Positions 37,150 through 49,380 of a stretch of DNA of 64,000 bases are shown here, piece after piece. How positions within the stretch are numbered: the first letter of the stretch is position 1; every line of letters starts with the position of its first letter. This stretch comes from Lama glama. Taxonomy: Eukaryota. The stretch lies in the NCBI GenBank assembly GCA_028534125.1, contig CM052816.1, positions 95,668,001 to 95,732,000 of the forward strand, in the 5' to 3' direction. The notes below the pieces were generated by a model. That model did no database searches, was not told the origin of the DNA, and was given only the letters and a program-made list of their open reading frames with translations. A program made the translations under genes and the position numbers.

Positions 37150-38761
37150 GTCTCCTGTTTTGGCACTGTATCGTTTCTGGACTCTGACATTCATTTGTAC
37201 TGAGTCACTCACCACCGTTCACAGCCATTTGTTCTGATTTTTAAATCAGGCTCAGAATCAAAGCTCCTCGAGAGCTGGAACCACACCCTATTTTCTTTGT
37301 AGCTGCTCAGGGTCGGCCCTGGTGCCGCATGGCAGGGGGACTCTCGGTAAATATTTGATGAACCAGTAAGTAGACACAGCAAAGCAGTGAATCTGAGTTC
37401 AGGTATCCTGCCCTCCAAGGGGGAAAAACTGAGTTTCAGAGACACGCTTCTCAAACAGGCTCTCTCCCTGGTAAACAGTTCTGTTGAGCCCAGCCAGCGT
37501 TGCTCTTTCTGACACAAATTAAATCCCTGTGAGCTTAAAACATAGAGTGATAACTTATATGGAATGGAACATATGTCTTCGTCTTGTGTGAATCAACTTT
37601 ACTCTGCCCTGGGGGCAGGCTGTGGGCCTGGGCTTTCTTGGATGTGGTGCGTTTGAAATGGAAACAGATTGAAATCCATTAGCCCGTTTGGGAACCAGAC
37701 CCTGGGCTGGGGACCACCTTCCTGTGACGTCCTGACCACCTGGGCTCTCTGGGCGCATCTCAGCTTTGATGACTGCTCAAATAAAAGCCCTGTAAGATTG
37801 TAAGGCACCTATCTGAACCTTTTCTAGGACATTTGTCAGGAAAAAGCAGTTACAACGCACATTGTTCTTTACGTCTGTTTACTTAAACCCCAGTTTTCCT
37901 CTTGGGGTGCCTGCGTGTTTAAAATTTTCATCTCTAGCTATTTTTTATTTCTTTTTGGTCGGTCTTTTGTTCAAACTTGGGGGAGAAAAATCCCTTCTGG
38001 TGCCCTAGTTGAGAAAACCTGGACTGTGTGAAAGGGAACAGGCCAGAGAAATTAAGAGAATGGTCACCCCATCCCTCTGCCTTCTACTGGCCGTCACCCT
38101 GAGTGCCATTGGTCACACGTAAGTGATTTTCCTGTGAAATACTTCAGCAGAGACAGTGTGAAATATTTATATGGTGAGCTGGTCAGTTTTACTTTCTGTC
38201 CTGGGAGTGGTTAGTTGGCATTTATAATGTCCTGAAGAGAAGTGCACACTCCATCCACAGGTGTGCTTAGCAATTTAAGGATACCGAACTGGAGCCCAGA
38301 GCCCAGCGCCCTGTGCCCCAAACCCTCAACCATTCTCATCTGCAAATCTCTGCGCTGGAGACTGGTGAATCCGTGTAAAGACCACTGGAGAGAATTCTTG
38401 TTGAGGGCAGTGAGAGGTACTCGTGGTACCTGGCGCTCGTGGGTTGGATAAGCCCTGCCCGCGTCCCTCTGCCCTCCCGTGGGTGACGCAGGCGTCTGGG
38501 GCGCTGCAGGCTCTGTGTGCTCCTTTGGAGCGTTGCCCTTGGCCTAGGGCTCGGTTGCCTTTCACTTCTGGCCTTTTAACTGGGAATTCTCTGTCTGGAT
38601 CACACAAGGTGCTCCAGGAGTGCCGAAGTGCCTGAGAGCTGGGGCTCCATCGAGCTTCCGGGAACAGACTGCTTCATGCCTGCTTGCCGAGAAACCCGCA
38701 ACGTGTGTGCTTGCCAAGAAATGTGTGTGGCAGAAGTGGGTCTGAACCTGCTTCCGTGGTG

Positions 38762-38780
38762 GTGTGCCCTCTGGTGGTAG
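38762..38780 (-). promoter_or_regulatory. CTCF motif (perfect core)
   Basis: Reverse complement ctaCCACCAGAGGGCACac matches CCRSYAGRKGGCRS at 14/14. Binding not demonstrated. Confidence 0.65.
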
Positions 38781-39058
38781 CAAAGTCACGGGGCAGGGAA
38801 CCTCCCACCCTTTCTCATCTCCAGAGACCATCACTATCTGCAGGCAAGAGCGAGCTGACCTTAGGAGGGCTGTCAAAACCACACACACCTTCTATTTCCG
38901 TCTTGCTCTGCGTGCTTAAAGGATTCCCTCTTACCCCAGATTACTGTGCCGCGAAATGGGAAGTGCTTTGAAATTCGGGCCCCTCTGTGTCTGGGGATCG
39001 TGAATATCTTACTCAGCAATCTACTCTCATGCCTTCCCCATTGGAAATAATAGGATGC

Positions 39059-39546
39059 TGTGACGGTTCACTTTATGCGTCAACTGTAATGGGCTACAGG
39101 ATGGCCAGATCGCTGGTTAAAACTTTATTTCTAGGTGCATCTGTGAAGTTGCTTCTGGAAGAGATTAGACTTTGAATCAGTAACCTGAGGGAAATCACCC
39201 GCGCTAGTGGGCATCCTCCACTCTGTTCAAAGTCCAAACAGACAGAAAAGGTAGATGAGTAGTGAAATTCCTCTCCTCTTTAGCTGAGTGGTCCATCTTT
39301 TCCTGCCTTGGAACACTGAGGGTCCTGGTTCTCAGGTCTTAGGGCCCCAGGACTTACACCGTCTTCAGCCTTTGGGCTCTGGCTGAATTACTCCACCTGC
39401 TTTCCTGGTTCTCCTGCTTGCAGACAGCAGACTGTGGGCCTGCTTGGCACCATAATTGCATGAGCCAATTCCTGTAATACATTTCTTCCTACATGTCTAT
39501 CAATATACCTCCTACTGGCTCGGTTTCTCTGGAGAACTCTAATACA
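39059..39546 (+). mobile_element. ERVL solo LTR, MLT2B/D-like
   Basis: tgtgacggttcactttatgcgtcaact..., cataattgcatgagccaattcc, gtttctctggagaactctaataca. TSD gatgc/gatac. Confidence 0.9.
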
Positions 39547-40679
39547 GATACAAACTTAAGTTGAGAGTGTATATTTTCCAGATGGTTATTTTGGAGTTTA
39601 AAAAATATCAGAGTATTATGAATAATTGTTAGGCAAGGAAAATTAGCCTATTTAATTAACCAAAGATGAGATATCTGTTAATAGTTTAAAACTGAGTCAA
39701 TAGAAACACAAGGATGACTTGTGAACGGTAACAGTCCTACTTAGAATTCTGAACCAAGCCCCTGTGTGATTAGGAAATACATTGTTACGAAATACAGAGA
39801 ATTAATTAAAGTTAAAATTGGAGGGAGAACATTGAAGATGTGTCCTTCGCCCGCGCTTTGTCTCCAAGTGTGTTTATATATCAATCTAAAACAGAAATTG
39901 GGTTCTTTAATCTGCAGGCTCCTAGTGATCTTATCTCTCTTTCCCTTCAGATAAATGGTTTCGTTGCTTTCATCATCTTTCTGGCACATTTTGAACTGCT
40001 TATTCTACTAAAGTGGAAGAAACATGCTTGATAAAGCCAAATGCCTTCTTCTTAATGTTAATTCAGTAAAAAATGGACCTGCCTACGAATGGGAATAGAT
40101 GGTCTCATAAAACTTGACTTTAGGCAAAGATATATATGTGTCTACTTTGTCATTCCAAGAAAGTTATTGCAGTCGAGAACAGCAAGCTTCCCTCCAAGTG
40201 CTAGGGATGGAAGTGCCGTTTGAATCTCAGCAGGGGAAATGAGTGCGGGCAGAGCTTCTGGGAGCTAGCTGGGGTCAGCTCGCTCGCCTCAGGACCTGGC
40301 TCTGCCCTCCAGAACCATCTGGGCTGCCAGTGGAAATAAATTATATTCATTCTAATTTATTACTTCTATCTCTACTTTGAAAAGAAATGAAAAAGTCCCA
40401 AATGTCAGGTATCAAGTCTATGAGAAATTCTGTATTCACCATCTGTTTTAATAAAAACAAAAATCTTTCCAAAAATGCAGCATTCTTAACTCAAAAAGGA
40501 ATTTTTTGTTAATTTTTTCCTTTTTATTTAAAGATTCTAATAGGTTATTTGTGTAATTTCAATGGAACTTTCAGACTGAAATAGTACTTTCAATATGATC
40601 TTGGTGTCAAAAGAAGTGAATACTTGAAAATAACAAAGCCTTATGGTGGTACAGCATTTTTTATTACACCGATGACTTT

Positions 40680-40835
40680 ACTTATTCAATCCTCACAATG
40701 ATCTTATTGCATAAACAGTATTTCCATTTTATATATGAACATCTGGAGTCTCAAAGATACTAAATACATTGCCTAATATTATATTCACTATGGTTGACTA
40801 TGAACTTGAACCCATCAATTGCAAATCCAGGTTTC
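40680..40835 (-). mobile_element. MIR remnant
   Basis: ttcaatcctcacaatgatcttat..tatttccattttatatatgaacatctggagtctcaaag..cttgaacccatc. Confidence 0.65.
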
Positions 40836-43323
40836 TTGAGAAAACGCCACATTACCTCCCTTTAAAGCATTAGCTGAAGGAAAAATTGAGACCATCCTAA
40901 GCCTTCTGGGGCAGTAGACTTCTTTCCTAGGGTTCCATAAATTCAATAATGCAGGTGTTTTCACTGTAAAATGCATGAATGCAAAGGCTCACTAACAGTG
41001 CTGTCTTTCTGTACCATCATTGTCCACACTCTTTTCCTGGATCATTTCTTGGGGCTCAGAGCCAAACTGTGGTCTCTCTTCTTGACCCTGAAGTTAATCA
41101 TGCTCACAGTAGGCATAGAAACAGGGGATACATGTAGCAAGCATTTCTGTGTTCATAGGACTGGCTCATTGCTTTAGGAGATAGAAAATAATTTGCAAGC
41201 ATAGAAAATGAGGTCTTAGAAAATTGGCTTCAAATATTTAGACCTAGAAAACATTACCCCAAAGGTCATGGCCAGATGCTGAAAGTCTAGTATAATTTCT
41301 CTAACCCTTGTTTTCTGGATGCAAAGTAAGACCTTAGGTGAAGAAGACTTTCTGCAAAAGGAGGTGGTTGAAGGGAAGTCTCGATTTGAATCAGTGGTTA
41401 GAGAAAGCAGGTAACACTAACAGGGCTTGGGACCATCCAGGTAGTTTGGAGAATGACTCGAGGCAATTTGGTTCTTTTTGGTTGATAGTGTAGCCTTCAC
41501 CGTGTAGCCTTAGAGGTGGCTGCAGGTTAGCTATTTCCTTACAACATCAATGCCAGTTTCTAATGAAGGCAAGTCTCAGCTCAGATGCTCCTGTATCTCA
41601 TGTGGGTATTTACTAAACATATGCCTATTAGCAGAAGACACAAGAGATCCAGCCTGCCCTGTAAGACGCATAAAGTCCCAGCTCTCTGTGCCGGAGGTAT
41701 TCTGGTGAAATTAAAGAGACACGACAACTTGTCGGAGCAGGCTCTGCCTTTGCAATTCTGACAACCAGAACCACCCCTACCCCCGTCCCGGGTGGCTAAA
41801 CCCAGGATGCTGAGGGACCCTGCCCTCGCCCTGTTCCTAAGGGGGTGACAACAAGTTTCTCTGAATTCTTACACCCTTTGGAGAGTGGGGTTATCTCTGA
41901 AATATTTTTGCCATCTTGAATACCTTTAATTTTGCTAAGAAGAAACTGGTTCTGACATCCCTTGGAGAAGTTTGAGAGGCCACCATTTTCATTAATAAAG
42001 ATGCATCTCAGACACTGAGTGCGCTAATGTGTGCAGTCCAGCTTGGTGACTGAGAAGTAGGTAACAGACACCCAGGAAGTGATCCTACAGGAGTGCCGGC
42101 TTCCTGACCATCACTTCTTCAGACCACCGCTGGGCTCTCCATTTGTTACTAGAGCAGCTGACGTCTCTAGAGTTGTAATTTAAATGAACTGGCACGTACA
42201 CAACATCACACTGGCTCTGATGGAGTATTTTTAGGAGCATTCCAGACAGTGTAATAAAAGGTTGGTGGGCTGGGGCAGACCTCTTGAGAGAGTGCCCGGA
42301 AGGGCAGACGGCATATATTGGATTTGCAAGAGAACAGATCTCTGACAGTTATTGTTCACCAACGAGTGTTTCAGCAAAAAAAAAAAAAAAAAAAAAAGCA
42401 AAACACCAAACGAAAAAAAAACAACAACCCCTAAGTAGACCATTGCCCTGATTCCAAAGAAAACCTTAGTTTCTGTAAGCTTTTGGAGGCAGCACCCTTC
42501 CAGTAATCAGCCAGACTGCCTGCCTGCTGCCCGGCTAACTCGGCTAACCCGCAGGTCTGCCCGCGACTGCAGCCGCTGCATCACCGCAGGGGGTATTGAC
42601 TTTCAAAGGCGATGGCAGCGCCTTCATCTGTGCCATTTCCTCTGAAACAGAAGTGATTTTCTCTCGCAACCGTGCATCATATTTATAATAGCTTATTGAT
42701 CAAAGCCAGGTCCACTTTCAAAGAGCAAGGAGGAAGCCATGTGTCTTGTGAGCGAGTTTTCCACTAGAAGCCACTAGTTTTGCAGCCCCAGCTCTTCTGC
42801 ACAAGCCGTGGTGCATTTACACTCACCCCCTCCTTCTCTCCCCCACACCTTCGATCACGCTCAGGCGTGAGAAAGCAAGGGCTTTGGTCTAAAGATGCAG
42901 AGCAAGCTGAACTTGCCATCCAGGGCTCCTCAGAACACTCCTCATCAGTCTTAGCCACACTCCTGCCCATCAAGAAATATCCCTATTGTTACATGGCATA
43001 TTTATGTTAGCTGTTTCATGTGGACCACTTTTGGACATTCGTGTTTTAAATTTTAGAAGAACGTTGAACCTCATGCTTCAAGCCTGAAAACCTTATTCTT
43101 GTGCTGTTCCTCTTGTCCTGAGGTCGGTATAAGGAAATTGTGCTTTCTTAGCCAAAAATGTACTAACTGAACCACACAAAGAAACCTGCCGTGGAGTGGT
43201 GGGTCTCACCGACAAGAAGGCCTCCTGGCTTGGAGGCTGACGACATCATGCAGGAGTGTCCAGTGTTTCTAGCCCGCCACAACATCTGTAGGTGACCAGA
43301 GTGGAGTCGAGTGGATGTACTTG

Positions 43324-43708
43324 TGTTTGTTTGTCTGCTTGGACGACCGTGATAAAATATTAGACTGGGGGCTTAAGCAACAGAAATGGACTTTCTCACA
43401 ATTCTGGAGGCTGGAGGTCCAAGATCAAGGGGTCAGTGGTTTGGTTGCTTCTGAGGCTCCTCTCCTTGGCTCGAGACGGCTGTCTTCTCACCTTATTCTC
43501 ACATAGACCTTCCTCTGCTGCCTCTTTTTGTGGGTCCAAATTTCCTCTTCACAGATGTACACACCAATTGGATTGGAGTAGTGCCCATGGGAAAGACCTC
43601 ATTTTAACTTAATCAGCTCTTTAAAGATCTTGTCACCAAATACAGTTACATTTTGGGCACTGGGAATTGGAACTTCAATTTTGGGAGAATACAGATCAGC
43701 CCACAACA
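43324..43708 (-). mobile_element. MaLR solo LTR, MLT1A/B-like
   Basis: gcttaagcaacagaaat..ttctcacaattctggaggctggaggtccaagatcaagg ... cctcattttaacttaatca..ccaaatacagttacatt..cagcccacaaca. Confidence 0.9.
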
Positions 43709-43771
43709 CTTATTTAGTACCAGTAATGACCTTCCCCATTTCCTTCCCACAGTTAGGACCCATCTTATTAC

Positions 43772-44118
43772 TTTTTTTTTTAATTGACGTCTAGTCAGTT
43801 TACAATATTGTGTCAATTTCTGGTGTAGAGCATAATGTTTCAGTCATACATATACATACATATATTCCTTTTCATATTCTTTTTCATTATAAGTTAGTAC
43901 AAGATATTGAATATAGTTCCCTGTGCTGTAGAGAAGAAATTTGTTGTTTATCTATTTTATGTATAGTAGTTAGTATCTACAAATCTTGAACAGGAGATTG
44001 TCATACTAAGTAACGTGGAAAAAGGAAGAAAAATACCATATGATATCACTTATATGTGGAATCTAAAAAAAAATGACACAAATGAACTTCTTTATAAAAC
44101 AAAAACAGACTCACAGAC
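43772..44118 (-). mobile_element. Short young L1 (camelid-type 3' end) with 5' inversion
   Basis: Poly-T plus minus-strand L1 3'UTR at 43772-43990, then a plus-strand L1 segment 43991-44118 (aaataccatatgatatcacttatatgtggaatct..cagactcacagac). Degenerate TSD tcttattac/tcttatcac. Confidence 0.88.
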
Positions 44119-44640
44119 GTCTTATCACATTTGCTGAAAGCTCCATAAGGTGTCAGGTGCTGTAGTCCACGGCAGTTCTCATCATATGCCGTCCGATCCT
44201 TGGTCCCCGAGCAGCTCTTAAAGGTACAGGCTTCGGGGACCCTCCTCCCTCTCCCTCCAAGAGTCTCACAGAGAAGTCAGGTCTCAGGGATCTCTTCTGT
44301 TTCTACAAAATGGAAAAGTCTTTCTGGGGAGAGATGCTCAAATATGAACATGCTTTTGTTTAGAAGTTCCTCCCTCTGGGAAGGGACTGCAGAACTCCAG
44401 CAGAAAGACCCTCATCTCGCTGTTACACATTTTGATGCTGTTTGGATTTCTTTCATATATGTGTTACTTTTTAAAATAAAAATGTATGTACTAATTTAAA
44501 AATAAAAACTTTTTTTTAAAGTGGATCTTTGACCGGCCCCTTGGGAAACGATGGTTGAAAGAGCCTCAGGCTGCATCTAAGAGCTTGTCACTTAAGGGCA
44601 ATACCCATCTGCGCTAAGGCACTCAGAGGTGGGGTTTTAG

Positions 44641-44800
44641 CGGGGCGTCAGGGCGGGGCAGAGCAGGCTAGCAGACTCACAGACAGTGGCACAGGTGGCT
44701 CAGGTGACCTACGAGCTGATGGACAGGAGAAGACATGAAATGAAAAGCGAGGTGAACCAAGGCGTCACCCACGTATTAGTAGAGGAAGGCGGGGGCGGGA
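44641..44800. promoter_or_regulatory. GC-box-rich promoter-like patch
   Basis: GGGCGGGG at 44651-44658, ggcgggggcggg at 44788-44799, two gcgtca CRE half-sites and locally high CpG. Activity unknown. Confidence 0.35.
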
Positions 44801-45331
44801 CCCGCCGAGATTCCCTGGGCCGGGAGGCTTGGCAGTTCTTGTTTCTGGCTGCACATAAGGATTAGCTCGGGAACAGTAATAATATTGGTCCCCGGGCCCC
44901 GTTCCAGAGAGCCTCGTGGACTTTGGTAGAGGTACGGGCATCAGCAGTTTCTAAATGCTGCCTAGGTGACTCTGATGTGGGGCACATGGTCTTGGCTGGT
45001 GCACTGTCAGTGGTCAGGTGTGTCCTGCGTGCTCCTGGGAGTGACCGCAGGACAAATGGAGGCAGGGCTCCTTGGCCAGTTTATTCCTTATCAACAAAGA
45101 CGTAAGTAAGTAGAAATGAGCCTGAATCTTATGGAGAAAGGCTGTCTTCTTGAGTGTAAGACTCTTGTACCTGGTCTGAAGCCTGCTTCCACTGGCCCGG
45201 CCAGCCAGGGGGCAGGTTCCAATGGCAAGAACCAGTGGAGAAGGCACTTCTCCCCGGGCAGTTCTAGACCTGGTGGTGGTGTGCCACGGGTGGGAAATTG
45301 AGAAGATATATGGTAAATTTCTAGCCTAGAC

Positions 45332-45491
45332 CATTGCTTCTCAACCTTACCTGCATATTGGCATCTCTGGGAAGCTTTAAACACTGCTGATACCTGGGTC
45401 TCTCCCCGAGGATGACATGAATGTCTGAGCACCAGCGCTTTCTGAAGCTCCCCCAGTGATTCTAATACGTAGCGAAGTCTAAGAACCACTG
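45332..45491. mobile_element. MER5A-type hAT element (a second degraded copy lies at ~44850-44985)
   Basis: cattgcttctcaaccttacctgcatattggcatctctgggaagctttaaa..aagctcccccagtgattctaat..aagaaccactg. Confidence 0.85.
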
Positions 45492-46544
45492 GCTTACCAA
45501 CGATGTGATTGGAAAGGGAAGAGTGGGAAGGAAAACACAGCAACATCAAAGAAGAGCATCCACAATTACCCGGGGGAGAAAAAAACCATTAACTACCTGT
45601 CCTTCTTCCAACATGCTGGGAACTGTTGCAGAGAAGCGTTCTCCAAACTTGAGAAACAGGTCATGGAGTTGCTGGGTCTTGATGTGGGAAGAAGAGTCAA
45701 TTAGAGCTTCAGCACGTGCAGAATTCATTTAGCATTTCAAAGACAGAGGCTGGTGCACTCAGAGCAGTATGCCTTCCACAGCCGGCCTGTAAGGATGGCC
45801 CTTCTGCTTTGAAATCTTGGCCAAGGGGCTGGTTGCTCTGGAGTAGGAAGATGAGATGAAGTAGAGGAAGAAAAATCCTGCAGTCTGACTCTTCTGGGTC
45901 AGAGTATTATGAGGAGAAGGACTGAGAGGGTGGAGAAGGGGCTGTGTGCTGGGACCATGTGGATGCTGAGGGGCAGGGATGCTCTGGATGTAACAACCAG
46001 TACAGAACATGGGGAGGACTGTGCGGGCCCTACCTGGTCCTGGGGAGGCGGAGAGGGTGAGGTGGGATGCTTTGGGATGGGACACTTTGGAGTCAGACTC
46101 AGGCTCTACCTTTTTTGTTCACAGATAATGGGGCTATGCCCGTGGGGTTCAGGGGGAGGAGCACTTTGGAGACTTGGGGTAGAGACATTCTTTACTGTTT
46201 TAACAACTGGTCCAGGTGTACTGGTAGGTGCTGCTGTGTATGAGTCTTGGTCTAATGTCTGTTCTCTGGGCTTCTATCTGCAGAGGAGGAAGTGGTGCTT
46301 TCTAGAGGAGCTCATGAGGACACCGTGGGCTGCAGGTTCTTGCCCAGTTTGGTTGTGGGATTCTGGAAGAACAGCAGCCACATGGAGGTAAGTCCACCTG
46401 GTGGGTTAGCAGCGGCTAGTTGGGGCGGGGCCCAGGCTGAGTCCTCTCCAGTCACCTGGACCCATACCTGTGGGTGGGACCTGGCGTTCTCCTGCCCCTG
46501 GCCCCAGAGAGCTTCTATGGGTTATAGCTATCCAAATGTACCAT

Positions 46545-47020
46545 ATTGATTTTAAATTAATTTTTAAATTAATTTTAAAGGTATTTATTTTATAACTTAT
46601 TAAAGACAATAATGATCAATCTATTACGTTATAATGTGCACAAAATATTTTGGTGAAAAGTAACACTATTTTCCAAAACAAAAGAAAAATTGGTGAGAGA
46701 TTGGCATTGTTTTCATTCTTTTTTACGTAACTTTTTAATGTAAGACACCTGTCATCTCTCATCTGCGCCTGTGTTCAGTCCTGGCAGCTCGCTGTTTTGC
46801 AGATACGTTGTTGGAAGAGCGACAGGTATTTAATGGTTTGTTTCTCCACCAGATAATTGTGAATGTTCTTTGATATCACATCAAAACTCTGCTAAAGATT
46901 AGAGAGAGAATGAGGTAGAAAAAGCCAAATATTGACTTAGTATTATTATGGAAATAGCTTTGATTTCGTGGCCCCTTGAAATGGTCATGGGACCTCAAGA
47001 GATGCCTGGACCCCTGAGGA
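46545..47020. mobile_element. Charlie1-type hAT transposon fragment
   Basis: actattttccaaaacaaaagaaaaattggtgagagattggcattgtttt..ctcatctgcgcctgtgttcagtc..tattattatggaaatagctttga. Confidence 0.75.
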
Positions 47021-47699
47021 TGGTGGAGGGAGCAGGGGGAGCCCCAGGCTGCTGCCCCGAAGGGACGTCCACGGGCAAGAACGGGCTCCAAGCAAACCTT
47101 GTAGAAGCAACATTTGGTCATGATCTCATCTCCACGTTTCTTTGCTCTGGGTGAGCTCTGTTAAGGCTGGTATGTGGTTGTATGTAGGTCACAGTGGCCC
47201 TAAAAACCAGAGCCAGGCGATTTCATCAGATCGTTCATTTAAGCATCGAATTGTTAAAAGAAAACAGCAAAGCAAAACCAACTGAAAATGATTCCTTCCC
47301 GCGGACTCGCACAAGGTTTAAAACGCTGGTTTTTGTAGACCCCCCGGGCTTGCTCATGCTGAACATTTTTTTCCCTTTCTTGTGTTGCTTGTAAGGGAAG
47401 GGGTCAGACCCTCTGACTGTGCCCTAGGTGGCTGTGATAGTCGCCATCATCTCTGGATGACGACGTGAGCCCTGTGGCCTGAGGATGCTGAACAGACAGT
47501 GGGCGGGGTGGACAGGAAGTGAGAACAGAGCGGATGTGCTGAAGCTGCTGGTTCTTCGCTGTTCAGCGGGGTGGGTTCCCAAAGATCCAGGGAGACTAGG
47601 TTTTAGGGTGGATTTGAGGGTTAACTCCTAGAACAGTCCGGGGCGAGTTATGGGTAAACACAGTGACCAAGCCCTTGAACTGGGGATCACAGCAGGTTA

Positions 47700-49380
47700 A
47701 GAGTGACCCACTGTGTAGCTGCGAAACTTCTGGCTTCTTTTTACTTTGCCTCTGTTTCCTCTGTTTCCAGCTAACCTGGTCATGAAATTGAGGGATTTCT
47801 GAAGTTTAGATCTTAGGTCCCTTTTTCTTCCTACTCCCCCACCTCCCCGTAATCTATCCTCAGGGGATCTCACCCTTACCCACCGCTTCATTACCCCAAA
47901 GTCCAGTTGTCTTACTAATTTATATCGGATTTATATCATTAGCTCTGAATTTCTGTGACTCCTGTGTTAAAAGGCCTACTTGGCATTTCTGCTGGGACGT
48001 CTCAAGTGTATCTGACCCTGCACTTGTCTGAAGGCAGACGTGATCCTCGCCAGGCCTGTCTCCTTCCTGTCTTGTGTGCTGCCATGAATTTTACCCCCCA
48101 GCAGCCCCCGACCCCACTGCTTTCTAGTCAGGGAACTTGGAGGCCTTCCTGGCCCTCATGTCCCTCAGCCCCTTCCCAGGTTCTGATGACCCCACGTCCA
48201 CTTCTCAGACTCCACGCCTCCTCCAGGCCCGCCCGAGGCACCATCACCTCTTGGGGACTTGACAGCTGCCCCCTAAGGCCTTTTTGTGGCCCATTGTGGC
48301 CCCAGCACAACCTGCTCCGCTGATTATGGAGTCAGAACCACCACTGGAAAAGGCAAAACTACAAATCTTTTCAGGAAACCCACCCCCCTGGAAAAAAAAA
48401 ACCCAAAACAGTGACCCCCAAATACTCATTGTAATGATTTAATTCAAACTGTAAGCTCAAAGGCTTCATTTAAGATGGAAACTGCTTTCCTAGTGGAGCA
48501 CAGAGCTCCCCTGGGCCTGTGTGGTCCTGAGTCCACCAGAGATGCGGGCAGAGCTCATGCCCAGGATTCAGGGCTCCCCTCCTACCAGATGACCCCCCCA
48601 CCATGGTTTCCAGCTGCTGAGGTTGCTCTGTCTCTGTGCCTCCTTCTTCAGTCCAATAAGACTGCAAATTTTCATTTGCTCCCACGCACTACAGATGGGG
48701 GCCTGCACTCAGGGCAGAAGATGAAGCCGAGAAACTCACCCAGCTCCTGCCCCTTTTTCAAATATCACCACCCGCCCAGTATCTGCCTGTTTTAGTCATG
48801 TTCCAGCACCTCAGGCAGTTGCTGATTATATCTGGTCTCAAGTTAGTAGTTTTAAAAAATAGTTTAAGGGAGCTTTTTTTTTTTTATAAATAATTTGAGG
48901 GCAGGTTGGCCTCATAGTAGCTACTGAGTCATTACTGGGAGTGCAAACTCAAATCTAAAATCCTCGAGCTGGCCTTCAAGCTTCTGCATGGCCTGTCTTT
49001 TACCTGCTCCTCCCTCTTCATCCCGGAAGCGCTCCCCCAGCCCTCTTCGCTCTGGCCACACCTGCCTGTTCTTACGTCCTCAGAGGGGCCATCCTCCTCT
49101 GCCCTCTTGGTGTCGCCCAGGTTTTCCTTCTCCAGGACCTGAGCGCTCCCTCCCTGCCCTCAGCACCACAGAGTTGAGGACAGATGCTCTTCCTTAGGGG
49201 AGTCAGGCACTGCTTCCCCAGAAAAGGCTGCCTGTATCCCCTCCAGACGCCCCCTCCATTATATATTGTGAGCACCATGGACGTTTCCTTTGTGCATTTC
49301 TATTGGCTGTAATTGGGCATGTATTTCTGGAACTCTGATTCATGTCTATTTCCTCAGTCAGACTGTAGGCTGGTGAGGAT
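47700..49380 (+). mobile_element. Fragmented L2 remnants
   Basis: cctacttggcatttctgctgggacgtctcaagtgtatctga; caaactcaaatctaaaatcctcgagctggccttcaagc..ctctggccacacctgcc..cagactgtaggctggtgagga. Unique sequence is interspersed. Confidence 0.6.

Noticed and set aside
38656..40161. Isolated STAT sites TTCCGGGAA (38656-38664) and TTCCAAGAA (40153-40161)
   Set aside because: Single 9-mers are expected by chance in 64 kb and they are not clustered.
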